This document shows, one piece after another, positions 9,587-22,370 of a DNA stretch of 42,561 nt (positions are counted from its first letter, which is position 1; each line of letters begins with the position of its first letter). The stretch is from contig NIVC01002562.1 in assembly GCA_002269645.1 (NCBI GenBank), forward strand, positions 1 to 42,561, read 5' to 3'. The notes beneath the pieces were generated by a model, which was not told the origin of the DNA, ran no database searches, and saw only the letters and a list, made by a program, of their open reading frames with translations. The position numbers and the translations under genes are program-made. This DNA comes from Macrostomum lignano (taxonomy: Eukaryota).

Positions 9587-12500
9587 CTACACTGATTTAG
9601 CCGTCAGTCTAATCGCCGCCTCGCCTTCGCCATCAGATACCGCCGCTTTGTCGCCATTCGCCGCCACCTCGTCGCGTCGAAGTCGACGCTGTTCGGCGAG
9701 CCAGGCCGCCTCGGTGCCGCGTCGCATGCCCTCGGCGCTGGCGACCGTCTCCGGCAGGGGAGGCCGCGGGTCTCCGGCAGCAGCAGCAGGCTGAGGCTGC
9801 TGGCCACCGTCAGGCCGCCGAAGACCAGGCCGGGCAGGTAGTGGCCGTGCCGGGCCAGGCTGTTGGTGTAGGGCGCCACAATGTTGCCCACCGTGGCCAG
9901 GAAGGTGGCCAGAAACAGGCCGTTGTTGCTGGGCAGGATGGGAATTGATGAGGGATTGGGAAGTGAATTTCCTAAATTTTCGAATCTTCATGTAGTTACT
10001 AGCTCATCCGCAAATCCAAATCCATAATTCGAGTTTCGAGTCACATAATATCTTTAAATCCGGTAAGTTTTGAATCCCCATTCCCAAATCCCAAAAACAT
10101 TGAATTGCCAGCCTCCGAATCCCAAAGAGTCGAACCATCAATTTTGAAGATTCGAATACGTAAATATCTCAAGTTTCAAATCCTAAATAAAAAATTTTCA
10201 CAGCCAAGATTTTAAATTTAGAAATCTAAAATTCTTATTTTTGTATCCCAAATCCCTTAATTTCGAATCTTAAAATTCTAAGTTTTGGAGTGTCTCAAAT
10301 CCAAAAGTGTCAAATCTCAAATCCCAAACGCAACTTTTCAAATTCCAGATCCCTAAGTTTCGAATCCAAAATCCCAAATCCCAAAATTTCAAATCGCAAA
10401 TCCCAAATTTTCAAATCCCGAATCCCAATTTTGAAAATTCCAAATCCCAAAGTTACCATTCCCAAATCCCATAGTGTCAAATCCCAAGTCCCGCGTTTCA
10501 AATCCCGAATCCCTATTGTTTAATCCCTAATCCTAAAGTTTAAAACCCTAAAGTGTAAAATTCTAAAATGTAAAATCTCCCAAAGTGTAAAGTTTCAAAT
10601 CCCAAAGTGTAAAATCTCAAAGTTTAAAATCTCAAAGTTTCAAATCCCAAAGTTTCAAATCCCAAAATTTCAAATCCCAAAATTTCAAATCCCAAAGTTT
10701 AAAATCCCAAAGTATAAAATCCCAAAGTTTCGAATCCCAAAGTATAAAATCCCAAAATTTCAAATCCTAAAGTTTCAAATCCCAAAATCCCAGCAGCTTC
10801 AAATCCTGAACCCGCAGCTCACCGAACCGAGGTGGGCAGCAGCTCGGTGGCGTACAGGTCCATGATGCAGTAGGCGGCGGTCAGGATGCACTTGGCGAAC
10901 AGGGCGATTCCGGTGCGCAGGCCGGCCAGGGTGGCCTTTGGCACGTGCGGCACCAGCACGACGCCGACGCCGCTCACCAGCGTCATGGCCAGGGTCGGCC
11001 ACCTGCGGCCCAGGTAGTCGCTGAGCAGCCAGCCTATAAAGGAGGACGGGATCTCGACCAAGCCGGTGTACACCTGGTTCAGCACGACGTTGGAAGTCGT
11101 GAACTCAACATCGGCGCTGAGGCCGTAGTAGGTGAATGAGAAAGCGGTGAGCATGAAGAACACGACTAGGGTCTTCTTCCTGTGGGCGTTGAGGGATGAA
11201 AATTATTCCAACTTTATTGTGAATTTGATCCCTCAGTTTTATGTCAGACACGGACACCTGCTCATTAACTTGAAGCTTACTTCATCAACTTAAAAATAAT
11301 CTATTCTCAAAATTATGGATCCTTACAATTGTGTATGTTTAGAATAATGTATCCTCGAAATCATGTTTCCTTAGAATAATGTATCCTCAAAATCAAGTGT
11401 CCTTAGAATAATGTAGCTTCAAAATCATGTTTCCTTAGAATAATGTATCCTCAAAATCATGTTTCCTTAGAATAATGTATCCTCAAAATCAAGTGTCCTT
11501 AGAATAATGTATCCTCAAAATCATGTTTCCTTAGAATAATGTATCCTCGAAATCATGTTTCCTTAGAATAATGTATCCTCAAAATCATGTTTCCTTAGAA
11601 TAATGTATCCTCGAAATCATGTTTCCTTAGAATAATGTATCCTCAAAATCAAGTGTCCTTAGAATAATGTATCCTCAAAATCAAGTGTCCTTAGAATAAT
11701 GTATCCTCAAAATCATGTTTCCTTAGAATAATGTATCCTCAAAATCATGTTTCCTTAGAATAATGTATCCTCAAAATCATGTTTCCTTAGAATAATGTAT
11801 CCTCAAAATCATGTTTCCTTAGAATAATGTATCCTCAAAATCATGTTTCCTTAGAATAATGTATCCTCAAAATCATGTTTCCTTAGAATAATGTATCCTC
11901 AAAATCATGTTTCCTTAGAATAATGTATCCTCAAAATCATGTTTCCTTAGAATAATGTATCCTCAAAATCATGTTTCCTTAGAATAATGTATCCTCAAAA
12001 TCATGTTTCCTTAGAATAATGTATCCTCAAAATCATGTTTCCTTAGAATAATGTATCCTCAAAATCATGTTTCCCTAAAATTATTTATTGTCAAAACATG
12101 TACATGTATCAGCAAAATCATATATTAACAAAATCATATATCAGCTCAAACTCATGTATCCTCCAAATCATTTATCCTTAAAATCATGTGTCTTCAAAAC
12201 ATGTTCTCTCAAAATTATGTTTCCTAAAAATCATCTACACCCAAAACCATATTTCCTGTTCTCAAAAAATTGCATCCTTAAAATCATATATCCTCAAAAT
12301 TGTGTAATCTTCAGAATCATGTGATCCCAAAAATCATATCAAATCCCTATTTAAAGCCCAATGCTCGCCTCATCTCCGGATAGATGAAGAGCTCAGCCAG
12401 CCTCCCAGTCGGCTCCTTCTCAACCACCACCAGCTCTAGCTCGCCTGGTTCGTCGGCTTCGGCGCCGCCTCCGCCGCCGCCGCCGCCGCCACCAGGAGCG

Positions 12501-14139
12501 AAGTAGTCTGGCGCCAGCCGAATTCCGTTCCAGCTGGCCAGGCGTCGGAACACCGCGACGGCCTCGGCCTGACGGCCGCGCAGCACCAGCCAGCGGGGCG
12601 ACTCCGGCACCGCCCAGGCGATGGCGATGTACACCAGGCAGGGCGCCAGCGTGGCGAACTGCACCAAGCGCCAGTCGCCGATGACGGCCACCAGGGCACC
12701 GGAAGTCATGTAGCCTGCGCACCAGAACAGCCAGAACAGGTTGCCCAGCAGGGAGCGGTAGCGCTCGGCCGTCAGCTCTTCTACTAGGAGCAGACTCTGC
12801 CGGGTGGTTGGTTTTGATTGAGGGACTCCAAATTAGTGACGAGTTCTCTGACTGGGATATTGGATAGGCTGGGGATTTGAGCATAGATTCTGGGATATTT
12901 GAGTCTGGGGAGTTGAGCAGAGATTGGGATATTTAATAGTCTGGGGAGTTGAGCAGAGTTTGGGATATTGGATAGGCTGGGGATTTGAGCAGAGATTGGG
13001 ATAATGAATATTTTCGGAATTAGAGCATAGATTGGGATATTGGATAAGCTGGGGATTTGAGCACAGATTAAGACATTTGAGTCTAGGGATTTGAGCACAG
13101 ATTGGGACATTTGAGTCTAGGGATTTGAGCACAGATTGGGATATTGGAGTCTGGAGTTTTGAGCACAGATTAGGAATTATAAATCCCCCTATAGAATAGG
13201 GTTATTTCTAAGAAACCCGATCAGGCACCTGGTAATAAACGGCCGACGAGATGCCTTTGACAAACCGGGACGCCAGCTGCAGCGCCATGTTGGGCGCCAG
13301 CGCAGGCAGCGGGCTGGAGACGGCGTCAAGCAGCAGGAAGCAGAGGATGATGGTCTTGCGGCCCAGACGGTCGCCCAGGGTGCCGAACACCATGCCCACC
13401 GCGGTGCCAGCGAAGTACACAGGCGGCAGGAGGTCGCGCAGGTAGGCTCTGTCGCAGACCAGATCGTAGCGGCTGACGAGGTTGCTGCCGGACAGGGGCG
13501 CGCCCGGCTCTACTGGGTAGACGAAGGACGAGCAGGCGCGGGTGCCGTCTGAGCAGATTGGAGGGGGGCAACCGTGAGGCACCAAGAATGAAAACAAATG
13601 AGGCGCCAAGAATAAAACAAATGAGGCGCCAAGAATAAAACAAATGAGGCGCCAAGAATAAAACAAATGAGGCGCCAAGAATGAAACAAATGAGGCGCCA
13701 AGAATGAAACAAATGAGGCGCCAAGAATGAAACAAATGAGGCGCCAAGAATAAAACAAATGAGGCGCCAAGAATGAAACAAATGAGGCGTCAAGAATGAA
13801 ACAAATGAGGCGCCAAGAATGAAACAAATGAGGCGCCAAGAATGAAACAAATGAGGCGCCAAGAATGAAACAAATGAGGCGTCAAGAATGAATAAGATCA
13901 GGTGCCCTAAAGGACTCACTACCGCCAGCTGCAGTCACGGTGCACTGATCCTCGCTGACACTCCAGCCGGTGTCGTTGCCGGCAGCCTGACCGCACAGGA
14001 ACTTGGGCTGGTGCATAAACAGCGCCAGCAACTGGAACTCCAGGCAGGACTTCAGGTTGGTGAAAGACAGCAGCACGAACAGCAGAATCTGGGCGCGCGA
14101 CAGGCCGCCGATGTCCATGAGTATTTTTTCGTATTCCAT
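9587..14139 (-). CDS. SLC22-family (MFS) organic cation/anion transporter, 5 exons, about 555 aa after correcting one 1-bp frameshift
   Basis: Exons 14139-13920, 13548-13229, 12796-12369, 11179-10823 and 9928-9587; splice phases join in frame (1668 nt with one added base). Motifs YDLVCD, GDRLGRK, VPESPRWL, LSDYLGRR, YATELLPTSVR and LLLPETRG. Frameshift at the G4 run 9757-9760. Confidence 0.92.
10010..10810. repeat. Degenerate AAATCCCAAA(GTTTC) repeat of about 15 bp filling SLC22 intron 4
   Basis: 15-bp period visible at 10641, 10656, 10671. Confidence 0.85.
11339..12074. repeat. Minisatellite, 32-bp unit CTTAGAATAATGTATCCTCAAAATCATGTTTC, about 23 copies, in SLC22 intron 3
   Basis: Period 32 (11701, 11733); decayed copies continue to about 12340. 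Confidence 0.97.
12850..13175. repeat. Degenerate minisatellite of about 36 bp (GAGCACAGATTGGGATATT...GGGATTT) in SLC22 intron 2
   Basis: Direct inspection. Confidence 0.85.
13576..13890. repeat. Minisatellite, 23-bp unit GAGGCGCCAAGAATGAAACAAAT, about 14 copies, in SLC22 intron 1
   Basis: Direct inspection. Confidence 0.96.
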
Positions 14140-14189
14140 GGCTGAGACTGGCTGCTTCTGATGGAAGGGGTTCCGATTCAGATAATTGT

Positions 14190-14635
14190 GATCTTGATTG
14201 GTTTGGAGTGACCTGATAATGATCCTGCTTGGTGGAGTGGCCTGATAATGATCCTGCTTGGTGGAGTGACCTGATAATGATCCTGCTTGGTGGAGTGGCC
14301 TGATAATGATCCTGCTTGGTGGAGTGGCCTGATAATGATCCTGCTTGGTGGAGTGACCTGATAATGATCCTGCTTGGTGGAGTGACCTGATAATGATCCT
14401 GCTTGGTGGAGTGGCCTGATAATGATCCTGCTTGGTGGAGTGGCCTGATAATGATCCTGCTTGGTGGAGTGGCCTGATAATGATCCTGCTTGGTGGAGTG
14501 ACCTGATAATGATCCTGCTTGGTGGAGTGGCCTGATAATGATCCTGCTTGGTGGAGTGACCTGATAATGATCCTGCTTGGTGGAGTGGCCTGATAATGTT
14601 CTGCTTGGTGGAGTGACCTGATAATGTTCTGTGTA
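14190..14635. repeat. Minisatellite, 29-bp unit CCTGATAATGATCCTGCTTGGTGGAGTG(G/A), upstream of the SLC22 start
   Basis: Period 29 (14401, 14430). Confidence 0.95.
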
Positions 14636-15054
14636 ACAGGTCGTTTATCGGTAGTCTCTGAAGGCCTCTCACGCCAACTACCTTACACGCCTGCTACCCC
14701 TCTGCCACGACAGACAGAAGCTTCGAAGAACTGAGACAAGTCCTTTCTTAGGTTAGAGCTCAAACTTTACTCAACTCGGCAGTGGGGGGCCTCGGCTCTT
14801 CCAATCGCATTGTATTTGTTTCACTCGGCATCGTGTTCAGGGGCAGTGTTGGGGTGGTGGCGTTTTCCGCCCCACCCATCTTATTTGCTATTTTGCATAG
14901 TTAGTTAGTGCTGCAATTGCTGCAAGATGAATTAACACAGAGAGGGCACGCATGGTCTGCGTGGCTGTTTTACATGTAGTGCAGGCAAATGGGTGGGTCT
15001 AACATTAAATATCTATGATAAGTTTGTAATAGCATATCAACGTTTTGAATGCTG

Positions 15055-15665
15055 ATATTCTGCTTGGTGGTGGCCTGATAATGATCCTGCTTGGTGGAGT
15101 GACCTGATAATGATCTTGATAGGTTTGGAGTGGCCTGATAATGATCTTGATAGGTTTGGAGTGGCCTGATAATGATCTTGATAGGTTTGGAGTGGCCTGA
15201 TAATGATCTTGATAGGTTTGGAGTGGCCTGATAATGATCTTGATAGGTTTGGAGTGGCCTGAAAATGATCTTGATAGGTTTGGAGTGGCCTGATAATGAT
15301 CCTACTTGGTGGAGTGACTTCATAATGATCCTGCTTGGTGGAGTGACCTCATAATGATCCTACTTGGTGGAGTGACCTCATAATGATCCTACTTGGTGGA
15401 GTGGCCTGATAATGATCCTACTTGGTGGAGTGACTTCATAATGATCCTGCTTGGTGGAGTGACTTCATAATGATCCTACTTGGTGGAGTGACCTCATAAT
15501 GATCCTGCTTGGTGGAGTGGCCTGATAATGATCCTGCTTGGTGGAGTGGCCTGATAATGATCCTGCTTGGTGGAGTGGCCTGATAATGATCCTGCTTGGT
15601 GGAGTGACCTGATAATGATCCTGCTTGGTGGAGTGACCTGATATCGATCTTGATAGGTATGGAGT
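15055..15665. repeat. Second array of the same 29-bp family, with a run of 31-bp variants (CCTGATAATGATCTTGATAGGTTTGGAGTGG)
   Basis: Direct inspection. Confidence 0.93.
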
Positions 15666-16895
15666 GACATATCATTAATCATTTTGTCATAATAAGTTTT
15701 TTCTAGTAGACCCTCAAGGTCATTGACAGGCCACTCAAACACAGCAAGTCAACTTTCAGAATGCGCCCAATGCTAAATCATTCATTTTAGAAGAGAAATT
15801 AATGATTTATAAGTATTAGCAAGGAGCAAAGATACAAAGTAAGACACGAGAAGATATCAGCTCGTACTCACATGTACTGTCAAGTTTCTTAGATAATAAC
15901 CGGAGTACTTGACAACCAATTCACGGAGTCGCCGTTACAGATTTCTGAACTTGGCTGCCGGAGAATGCCGGTCCTCCTGTGTGCACTCAGCAGACCCAAG
16001 CTTGATATATATACAAAGCTTGATTGACAACTGCCAGAGCTGAGGCTAGGGGATTCGGGGATTGAAAAGGTGAACAAAAAACTGTAGGAATTGCAGCACA
16101 GGGATTGGAATGGCAGCGGGAGAGAGATTGGGGATAGTAGAGGAAGGAATTATTGCGGGGCAACAGGTCGTGGGGAATTATATAGATAGCCAATCGCGTA
16201 GCTACTCCATATGCACCAGGGGGCAAGAGGTTGCTGCAGTGTGATCTGCTGCTCAATCTGCATTAGATCGGTGCTTCATAGGGTAAGCTCTAGCAAAACC
16301 TCCACCGGATTCATCGAGTGTGAAAACTGCGATGTCTGGGAAAGGACAGCTGGGCTCATAATCATAAAACACTTCAGGCGCGAGTTCTATTTTGTCACCA
16401 CTCGGATTAACCATATTGTGAGGTAGGTGGCATCAGAGCACACAGAGAGGTGGGTTAATTATTGCTGCAGTTCCAGTCCCTCTCCTGCCCTGCTTGGACT
16501 CAACCGCAGGAACGCAGTCAGTCAGTATGGGCCTCTCAGTTCATGGCTGCTTCGCTATGCGTCCAAGTGGAAAATACGCAGTAAAGGGGTTGCTGGGAAT
16601 GCGGAGCACTTTATCTGCGACTTTTCAGGATCGAGAATCTCTGCCAGCTCGTCCGCTACCTACCCGGCGAGCGACCATCCATGCACCGGTGACCGCGCGC
16701 TGTGGACACCGGCATTACTGGAACTCCCTCAGCGCTATAAAACTGTCCGTGGTCGCCTGCAGTGATTAGTGGATGGGCGTCGGCGCATCCATGTTGTATC
16801 CGGATGCCCCCATGCCGGCAGGAGCCTCCTGCCCATTTAGGCTGTGTTGTGGAAGCGGGTATCTGCAGTATATACCAAGGACTACTTGATACCAA

Positions 16896-17090
16896 GGACT
16901 ACGTAGTACTATAAGTACGTTTCTTGGAAATTTTAGGATAAACTATTAAAAACCATTTTAAAATGGCACAACTTGATTCATTACGAGCATTAGATCCGTA
17001 GTTTTATGAATATTTTTAGGAAACCTTCATTCCCCGTAATGTACTCTTTGATAGAATTTACCTCCTAAACATTTCTAAGAAACGTAGTCC
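16896..17090. mobile_element. Possible small foldback/MITE-like element with TIR GGACTACGTTTCTT(A/G)GAAA
   Basis: The reverse complement of right arm 17072-17090 (GGACTACGTTTCTTAGAAA) matches left arm 16896-16930 apart from a 16-bp internal insertion; no TSD established. Confidence 0.4.
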
Positions 17091-18215
17091 ATCCTTCTAC
17101 TTAAGTAGACATTGTTATAAACTTTATTTAAAATGAATTTAAGGCACAGATACATTTTTTCGCCAGGCATTTAGACAAGAAAACTCCATGGACGAGCATA
17201 TACCTGTACTGTGCTTAAGTACACGTCATGTATGGAAATCAGACCCCGCCCTTGTCCTCGGCCCCTGGAAAGTATTATCGCATAACACACGCAAGGTCGT
17301 AAGGGTAAGAGAAGTATGAAGCAACTCGCGCTTAAAGCAAAGTCTGGTCGCAGGGAGAGGGAGAGGCATTTCAACAGTGCTTGCATTTCTCATTCGATTT
17401 GAGGGAAATGAATTTTCCACACAGCCCCTATACTAAATTCCTAGTCTCGTCCCGGAGCTAAAAAATTACAATCCCACATATCACGCACTTCAGACAGGCA
17501 TTGTCCTGAAGCTCTTTGCTGCATGCGGCTCTTTCGAAATCCCTTCAAAAAACAGATTCATTTTTTAATCACAGTAAGCATTGAAAACAATTTCTATAGG
17601 CTGATTTCTGCGTCAACAATAGATTCATAAAACAGATAGCTAAAGCATATCTGATTGCTGGCACAGACAGTATCTCTACTGCAGATCATATGCTGGCCGC
17701 GGTAGTGAAAGAGCGATTTTCTGAACAAAAGTTACGAAAATACTACTAGCTGGCCTGGTAATTTTGCGATTTGCACTCATATAGTGCAGTGGTGTATCCC
17801 ACACGAACTAGCTGACTGGACTACAGTGTAAAACTCAGTTGCCGCGACATAGTGGTTTGATTTACCTTTACCTGTTTCGCCACATGAGGCTTGTGTACGA
17901 AACAGGTCAAGGATTTCGTATATTTCACACCCATGAGGGCCAACCCCCACCAAAAGCACAGAGAGTGTAACATGCCTGAGGATTAGAAAGCAAAGTACAC
18001 CTTATGTGAGCGTGTGTGACTGTGACTGCATGCCTGCGTACAGTATTGGCTCGTTTGTACGCGCTCAGGATCGAGTCAGCGGAGTGGCAGAATTGCCTCA
18101 GCGCTCGTTGTGGGTGCCCGCAGCCGCTCCTGCCATTATAATTATTATTTAAGATTCCGTAAAATCGTAACAAAGACACAGAGTACCCTTCGACAAGTTG
18201 CTTTAGCCAATTGGC

Positions 18216-18508
18216 ACTAGCCAATGCCGAAACTCATTGGCAAAGGTGGCATATAGCCAGTTATCTATTAATTTGGTATTGTCACTACCAGACAAGTTGC
18301 TTGATAGTTTCTACACAGAAACTAGCCAATGCCGAAACTCATTGGCAAAAGTGGCATATAGCCAGTTATCTATTAATTTGGTATTGTCACTACCAGACAA
18401 GTTGCTTGATAGTTTCTACACAGAAACTAGCCAATGCCGAAACTCATTGGCAAAAGTGGCATATAGCCAGTTATCTATTAATTTGGTATTGTCACTACCA
18501 GACAAGTT
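18216..18508. repeat. 105-bp tandem repeat, about 2.8 copies, just 3' of the thioredoxin gene
   Basis: ACTAGCCAATG starts at 18216, 18321 and 18426. Confidence 0.95.
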
Positions 18509-18601
18509 TACAAAAAGTTATTAAAAGCTACTGAAATATAATTGTTAACTGGTAAACTGTATTAAATGGGTGGGTCTCCAGATCACCATCAAACACCGAA
18601 T

Positions 18602-19024
18602 TCACAGTCCCTGCTTCTCAGCAAATCCGTCCACAAAGTCTTGCAAAGCCTCCGGCTCTTTCAGTCCAACAAAGCTGTCAACAACCCGGCCGGAGCGCAT
18701 AGCCAGCACCATGGGCACGGAGGCCACCCGGAACTCCTCGGCAAGATCTGGTACATCATCAACATCAACAGTGGCCAGCAGTAGCTTGGGCCTCGGTTTA
18801 ACAGCTTTCTCTAATCTGGGCTTCAACAGTTTGCACGGCGCGCACCAGGTGGCATGAAATTGCACCAGCGCCACCGAATCTGCCGCGTTGCGAACTCGCT
18901 TATCGAAATCTTCCAAGTCTTGGATAGCAACTATGTTTCCATTGTCGCTGCCGGCAGTTAGACAGCGAATCTGATTAGAAAAAGTTGCTGGTAGAAGAGG
19001 TTGCAGTTGGCAAGCTGGCAGCAT
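18602..19024 (-). CDS. TXN2: Mitochondrial-type thioredoxin (TXN2-like), WCAPC active site; N-terminus probably extends to the ATG at 19098 across a 1-bp deletion
   Basis: FHATWCAPCKLLKPRLEK, VDVDDVPDLAEEFRVASVP and VVDSFVG align by eye with TXN2. An acid-free N-terminal extension ending ...QIRCLT resembles a mitochondrial presequence. Confidence 0.88.
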   Translation of the reverse strand: MLPACQLQPLLPATFSNQIRCLTAGSDNGNIVAIQDLEDFDKRVRNAADSVALVQFHATWCAPCKLLKPRLEKAVKPRPKLLLATVDVDDVPDLAEEFRVASVPMVLAMRSGRVVDSFVGLKEPEALQDFVDGFAEKQGL

Positions 19025-20933
19025 TGTTACAGAGCTGTGCGACTGAAGTGACAAGGCTGATCTAGGAGCTTCACCAATTGTGGCACTAATGCGAACATTT
19101 TTTGGTCTCTGTGGAATGTTAATTAGGATTGACTTGATTAATGTTAGTAGTGCGAGTAGTCTCTCGATGATAAAAAAATAAATAAATGTAAACAGAAGTG
19201 AGTGTCCAACCTAAAACAAGTTTATGACTAATCTATAAACAAAAAAGTTCAAGTTAAGGACTCTAGTAATCTAGCTCACACAAGATTAGCTATAAGATAA
19301 TACATAACTATATCAACTTTGATATTTGTAGAACTTATTAGAAAGTAGGTTTGTTAAAAAATAAAATAGTATTTACACTACTACTTACCATCAAACCAGA
19401 AAACATTCGACTTAATACAGAACCATTGCCCATTTTATGAAGGCCTCTAGGCAAACTAAAAGGCAAAAAAATTAATATTTTTAAGGAAACCATTAAAAAG
19501 CAGACTTTATTGGCAATGATAAATTACTGAATTTTTTATTTACTTACAAAGAAAAGCTTGTAATAGACATCTTTAGGCTGATAAATCTGGAAAAAGTAAA
19601 AAAAATATTTGCCATTTTTATTTGTTTTAAAATTTTATTAAAATATTAAAAGAGCCCTTAGAATAAATAGAATAAATAAATTAACAGATTTTCTATTACT
19701 TACTAAATAAAGTACTAAATAGGGCCTAGTCTATCTATATCTAAATTCTGTTTCATATATCTATATATTAATACTATTCAAAAACATTAAGCCAAAAAAA
19801 TAATTTAACTAGGCTATTTAGTACTTAGTCTTAGTTTTATTCTTTAGTTTTACTACTAATATAAAAAAGAATTAGACAATATATATTTTTAAATTTGAAA
19901 GTATATAATATTTTAACTAGAATATATAGTATAAGTCTAGTCTACAATCATATTAGGATAATATAAAACTAAATGACAGAATGGGGCTTAGGTGAACCTA
20001 TAATAGGGGGGTAGCATACTTAAGACATATGTTAAGATTTTTATGGGAGGGGGCATAGTGCAGATCATGCTGAGTGCACTCTGAAATGCCACAAACCAAA
20101 TTTATAAATATATGCCAATGCTAGGCCTAACCTACTTCCTACTTTTTGGAATTATGACAATAAGACCTTTTTGCATTTTATTGCAATAATAAAAACCTTA
20201 TTTTGGGAAGCCAATAAAAAAATAATATAATCCTATTCTAACAAATTAATAACTGACCTATCTCTAATCTATCATCTTCCTAAAAAACCTCCTACCCCCT
20301 GCAGATATCATTGTTATAGGATTAATAGGGACCTATATTAAAATAAACAATTTTTTTATTGAATTTATTTTATTTCAAGTTGGATAAAAGCAAAAAAAAC
20401 TTTCTATTAAAATTTTCTATCGGACACTAGATAGCAAATATATTATTAAGGCCTACTATAGGCTTATAAGAGTAGGCATAGAGCTTATTTTAAATGAATA
20501 ATTTAAAAATGATTTAGCTATAAATGGCTAGGCTAGGCCTATAGTAGGCTATACAATAGAGCCTATTATAATTATTCAATGTTATCATAAGGCCTAGCTA
20601 GAGCCCTAGACTTATATTTAAGTTATAAAACATAATTGATGTTGATATACAATGAAACCCAAGGCCAAAAAAACTGAAATAGGGCCAGTCTGGGCCCTAG
20701 TATTATAATAAAAGCACTAGGCCTATTCTATGAAACTCATTAGTCTAGGCCTATTCTTATAATAAAAAAGAAGGAACATAGGGAGAATCCTTTGTTTGCT
20801 AATTTTTGTTTATTTACTTACAAATAACATTATATCTTAATGAATAAATGAGGAAAATTGCCAATTTATTAAACTAAACTAGAATAGAAAAACATTTAAT
20901 AATAAGAAAATACATATAATAGACAAACTAGTT

Positions 20934-21099
20934 ACTAGGCCTATTGTCATTGGCATTGGTAAGATTTTAATGCTAAGTCACTGTATACTAGGCCTATTGT
21001 CATTGGCATTGGTAAGATTTTAATGCTAAGTCACTGTATACTAGGCCTATTGTCATTGGCATTGGTAAGATTTTAATGCTAAGTCACTGTATACTAGGC
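20934..21099. repeat. 53-bp tandem repeat, about 3.1 identical copies
   Basis: ACTAGGC starts at 20934, 20987, 21040 and 21093. Confidence 0.96.
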
Positions 21100-22165
21100 T
21101 CTAGAGATAGAGGGCCGAGGGGAAGATGCGTTCCCGTTGGGCCAGCTGACATTTCTTAAAACACCAAAGCCAAGCCGGTGACACTGCCCAGAAATTATCG
21201 TAGCTTTAAGTAAAGCTAGTAACAAAATACTTTAAATTTTAAAGAATTTACAAAATAATTGCTAGTTTTTATACGTTGCAGTTGATATGAACATTTAAAA
21301 GCTATTTTTTATCTACAAGTTTTTGCTATACTGTACTAATGTATAGCTCGTTTTTAAAATACTAACTTACTTAGAAACGCAATGCCATTTTATTGTCCTG
21401 AGAATGAGATGTCAGGCTAGTAAAAGCAAGCCCGAATCAGATGCCATGCCATATTGGCGATTACACTCGCACATAGCGCGCTAAGCTTGTCCTAAATTAC
21501 TCTGAGTCTGAGGTACTTAGAGCTATGAGCTAGAGAGTAGAGACAAAGTTTATGGCACAGAGCAGGATATCTATTTTACAATTTTTTAACTTATTTTAGG
21601 TTAGGTGAGCCGTTTTTTTGGCACAGAAGGTACAGGTTTTAGATAAAGTGAGCCATCTCTTAGCGCAGACAGCGAAAGAGTTTACCTTCCCGCGCAGACG
21701 ATGCATCGTCCTGACTGTTTCAAGCGCAGTCCGATTTCAGAGGCAGAGCTGACAGCTAAGGAATTTTGTACACAGTGCACACTTAGCAGTGCCAACAATA
21801 ATATAAAAACTCTAAGCTTTTAGTAATAAATTCTAAAACATATTTTGTTCTAGCCTTTGTTTTAGCGCCAGCCTAGTGGAGATCATATAGCTATGAGTAT
21901 GATTCTGGCAAGATGTTTTTACTAATTATTGTTGTCTAGTTTTTAAATAGAAATGCACTTATTGTGTTAGACATTATTTAATATTTACTATACTAATGAG
22001 TTTTTGTAATGCTATCAACTATGGTTACCTTAAGTAGCCAAAACATGATAATATCTAAAAAGATATATTTTTATTGAAATTACTTAGTAATATACAATAT
22101 TTAACAAATAGTGAAAGACTATTAAATTTTAATATAATAGACAAAATAATAGATCTTGAAGATGT

Positions 22166-22370
22166 CAGTGGGCAGTGGCATAGGGAGGGGGGATAGGGGG
22201 GATGTATTCCCCCAAAGAGCCTGACCAAAACTTTTTTGTTGTCCTTTAATTGTTGCTATACATGCTACCATATGACTCTGTCATAGCACTTTTACCTTGG
22301 TATATCCTCCCTATATTCACCTTGGTGTATGTATCCCTCTCCCCATAGGAAATTCCTGGCTACACCCCTG
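22166..22370. mobile_element. hAT-superfamily MITE (about 205 bp) with decayed TIRs and a perfect 8-bp TSD
   Basis: GAAGATGT at 22158-22165 and 22371-22378. TIRs CAGTGGCATAGGGAGG (22173) and CCTGGCTACACCCCTG (22355-22370) match 11/16. An 8-bp TSD with CAG-starting TIRs is characteristic of hAT elements. Confidence 0.8.

Noticed and set aside
10010-10810. Interstitial telomeric repeat
   Set aside because: Units are AAATCCCAAA-like, not (CCCTAA)n; only isolated telomere-like hexamers occur.
227-12074. 32-bp repeat arrays as CRISPR arrays
   Set aside because: Units are head-to-tail with no unique spacers, there are no cas genes and the context is eukaryotic.
15850-18200. Short ORFs as a decayed gene or transposon
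   Set aside because: The frames I translated by hand have frequent stops and no recognisable motif; a BLASTX/HMM search would be needed.
20004-20301. Second hAT MITE
   Set aside because: TIR-like G and C runs are present but there is no matching target-site duplication.
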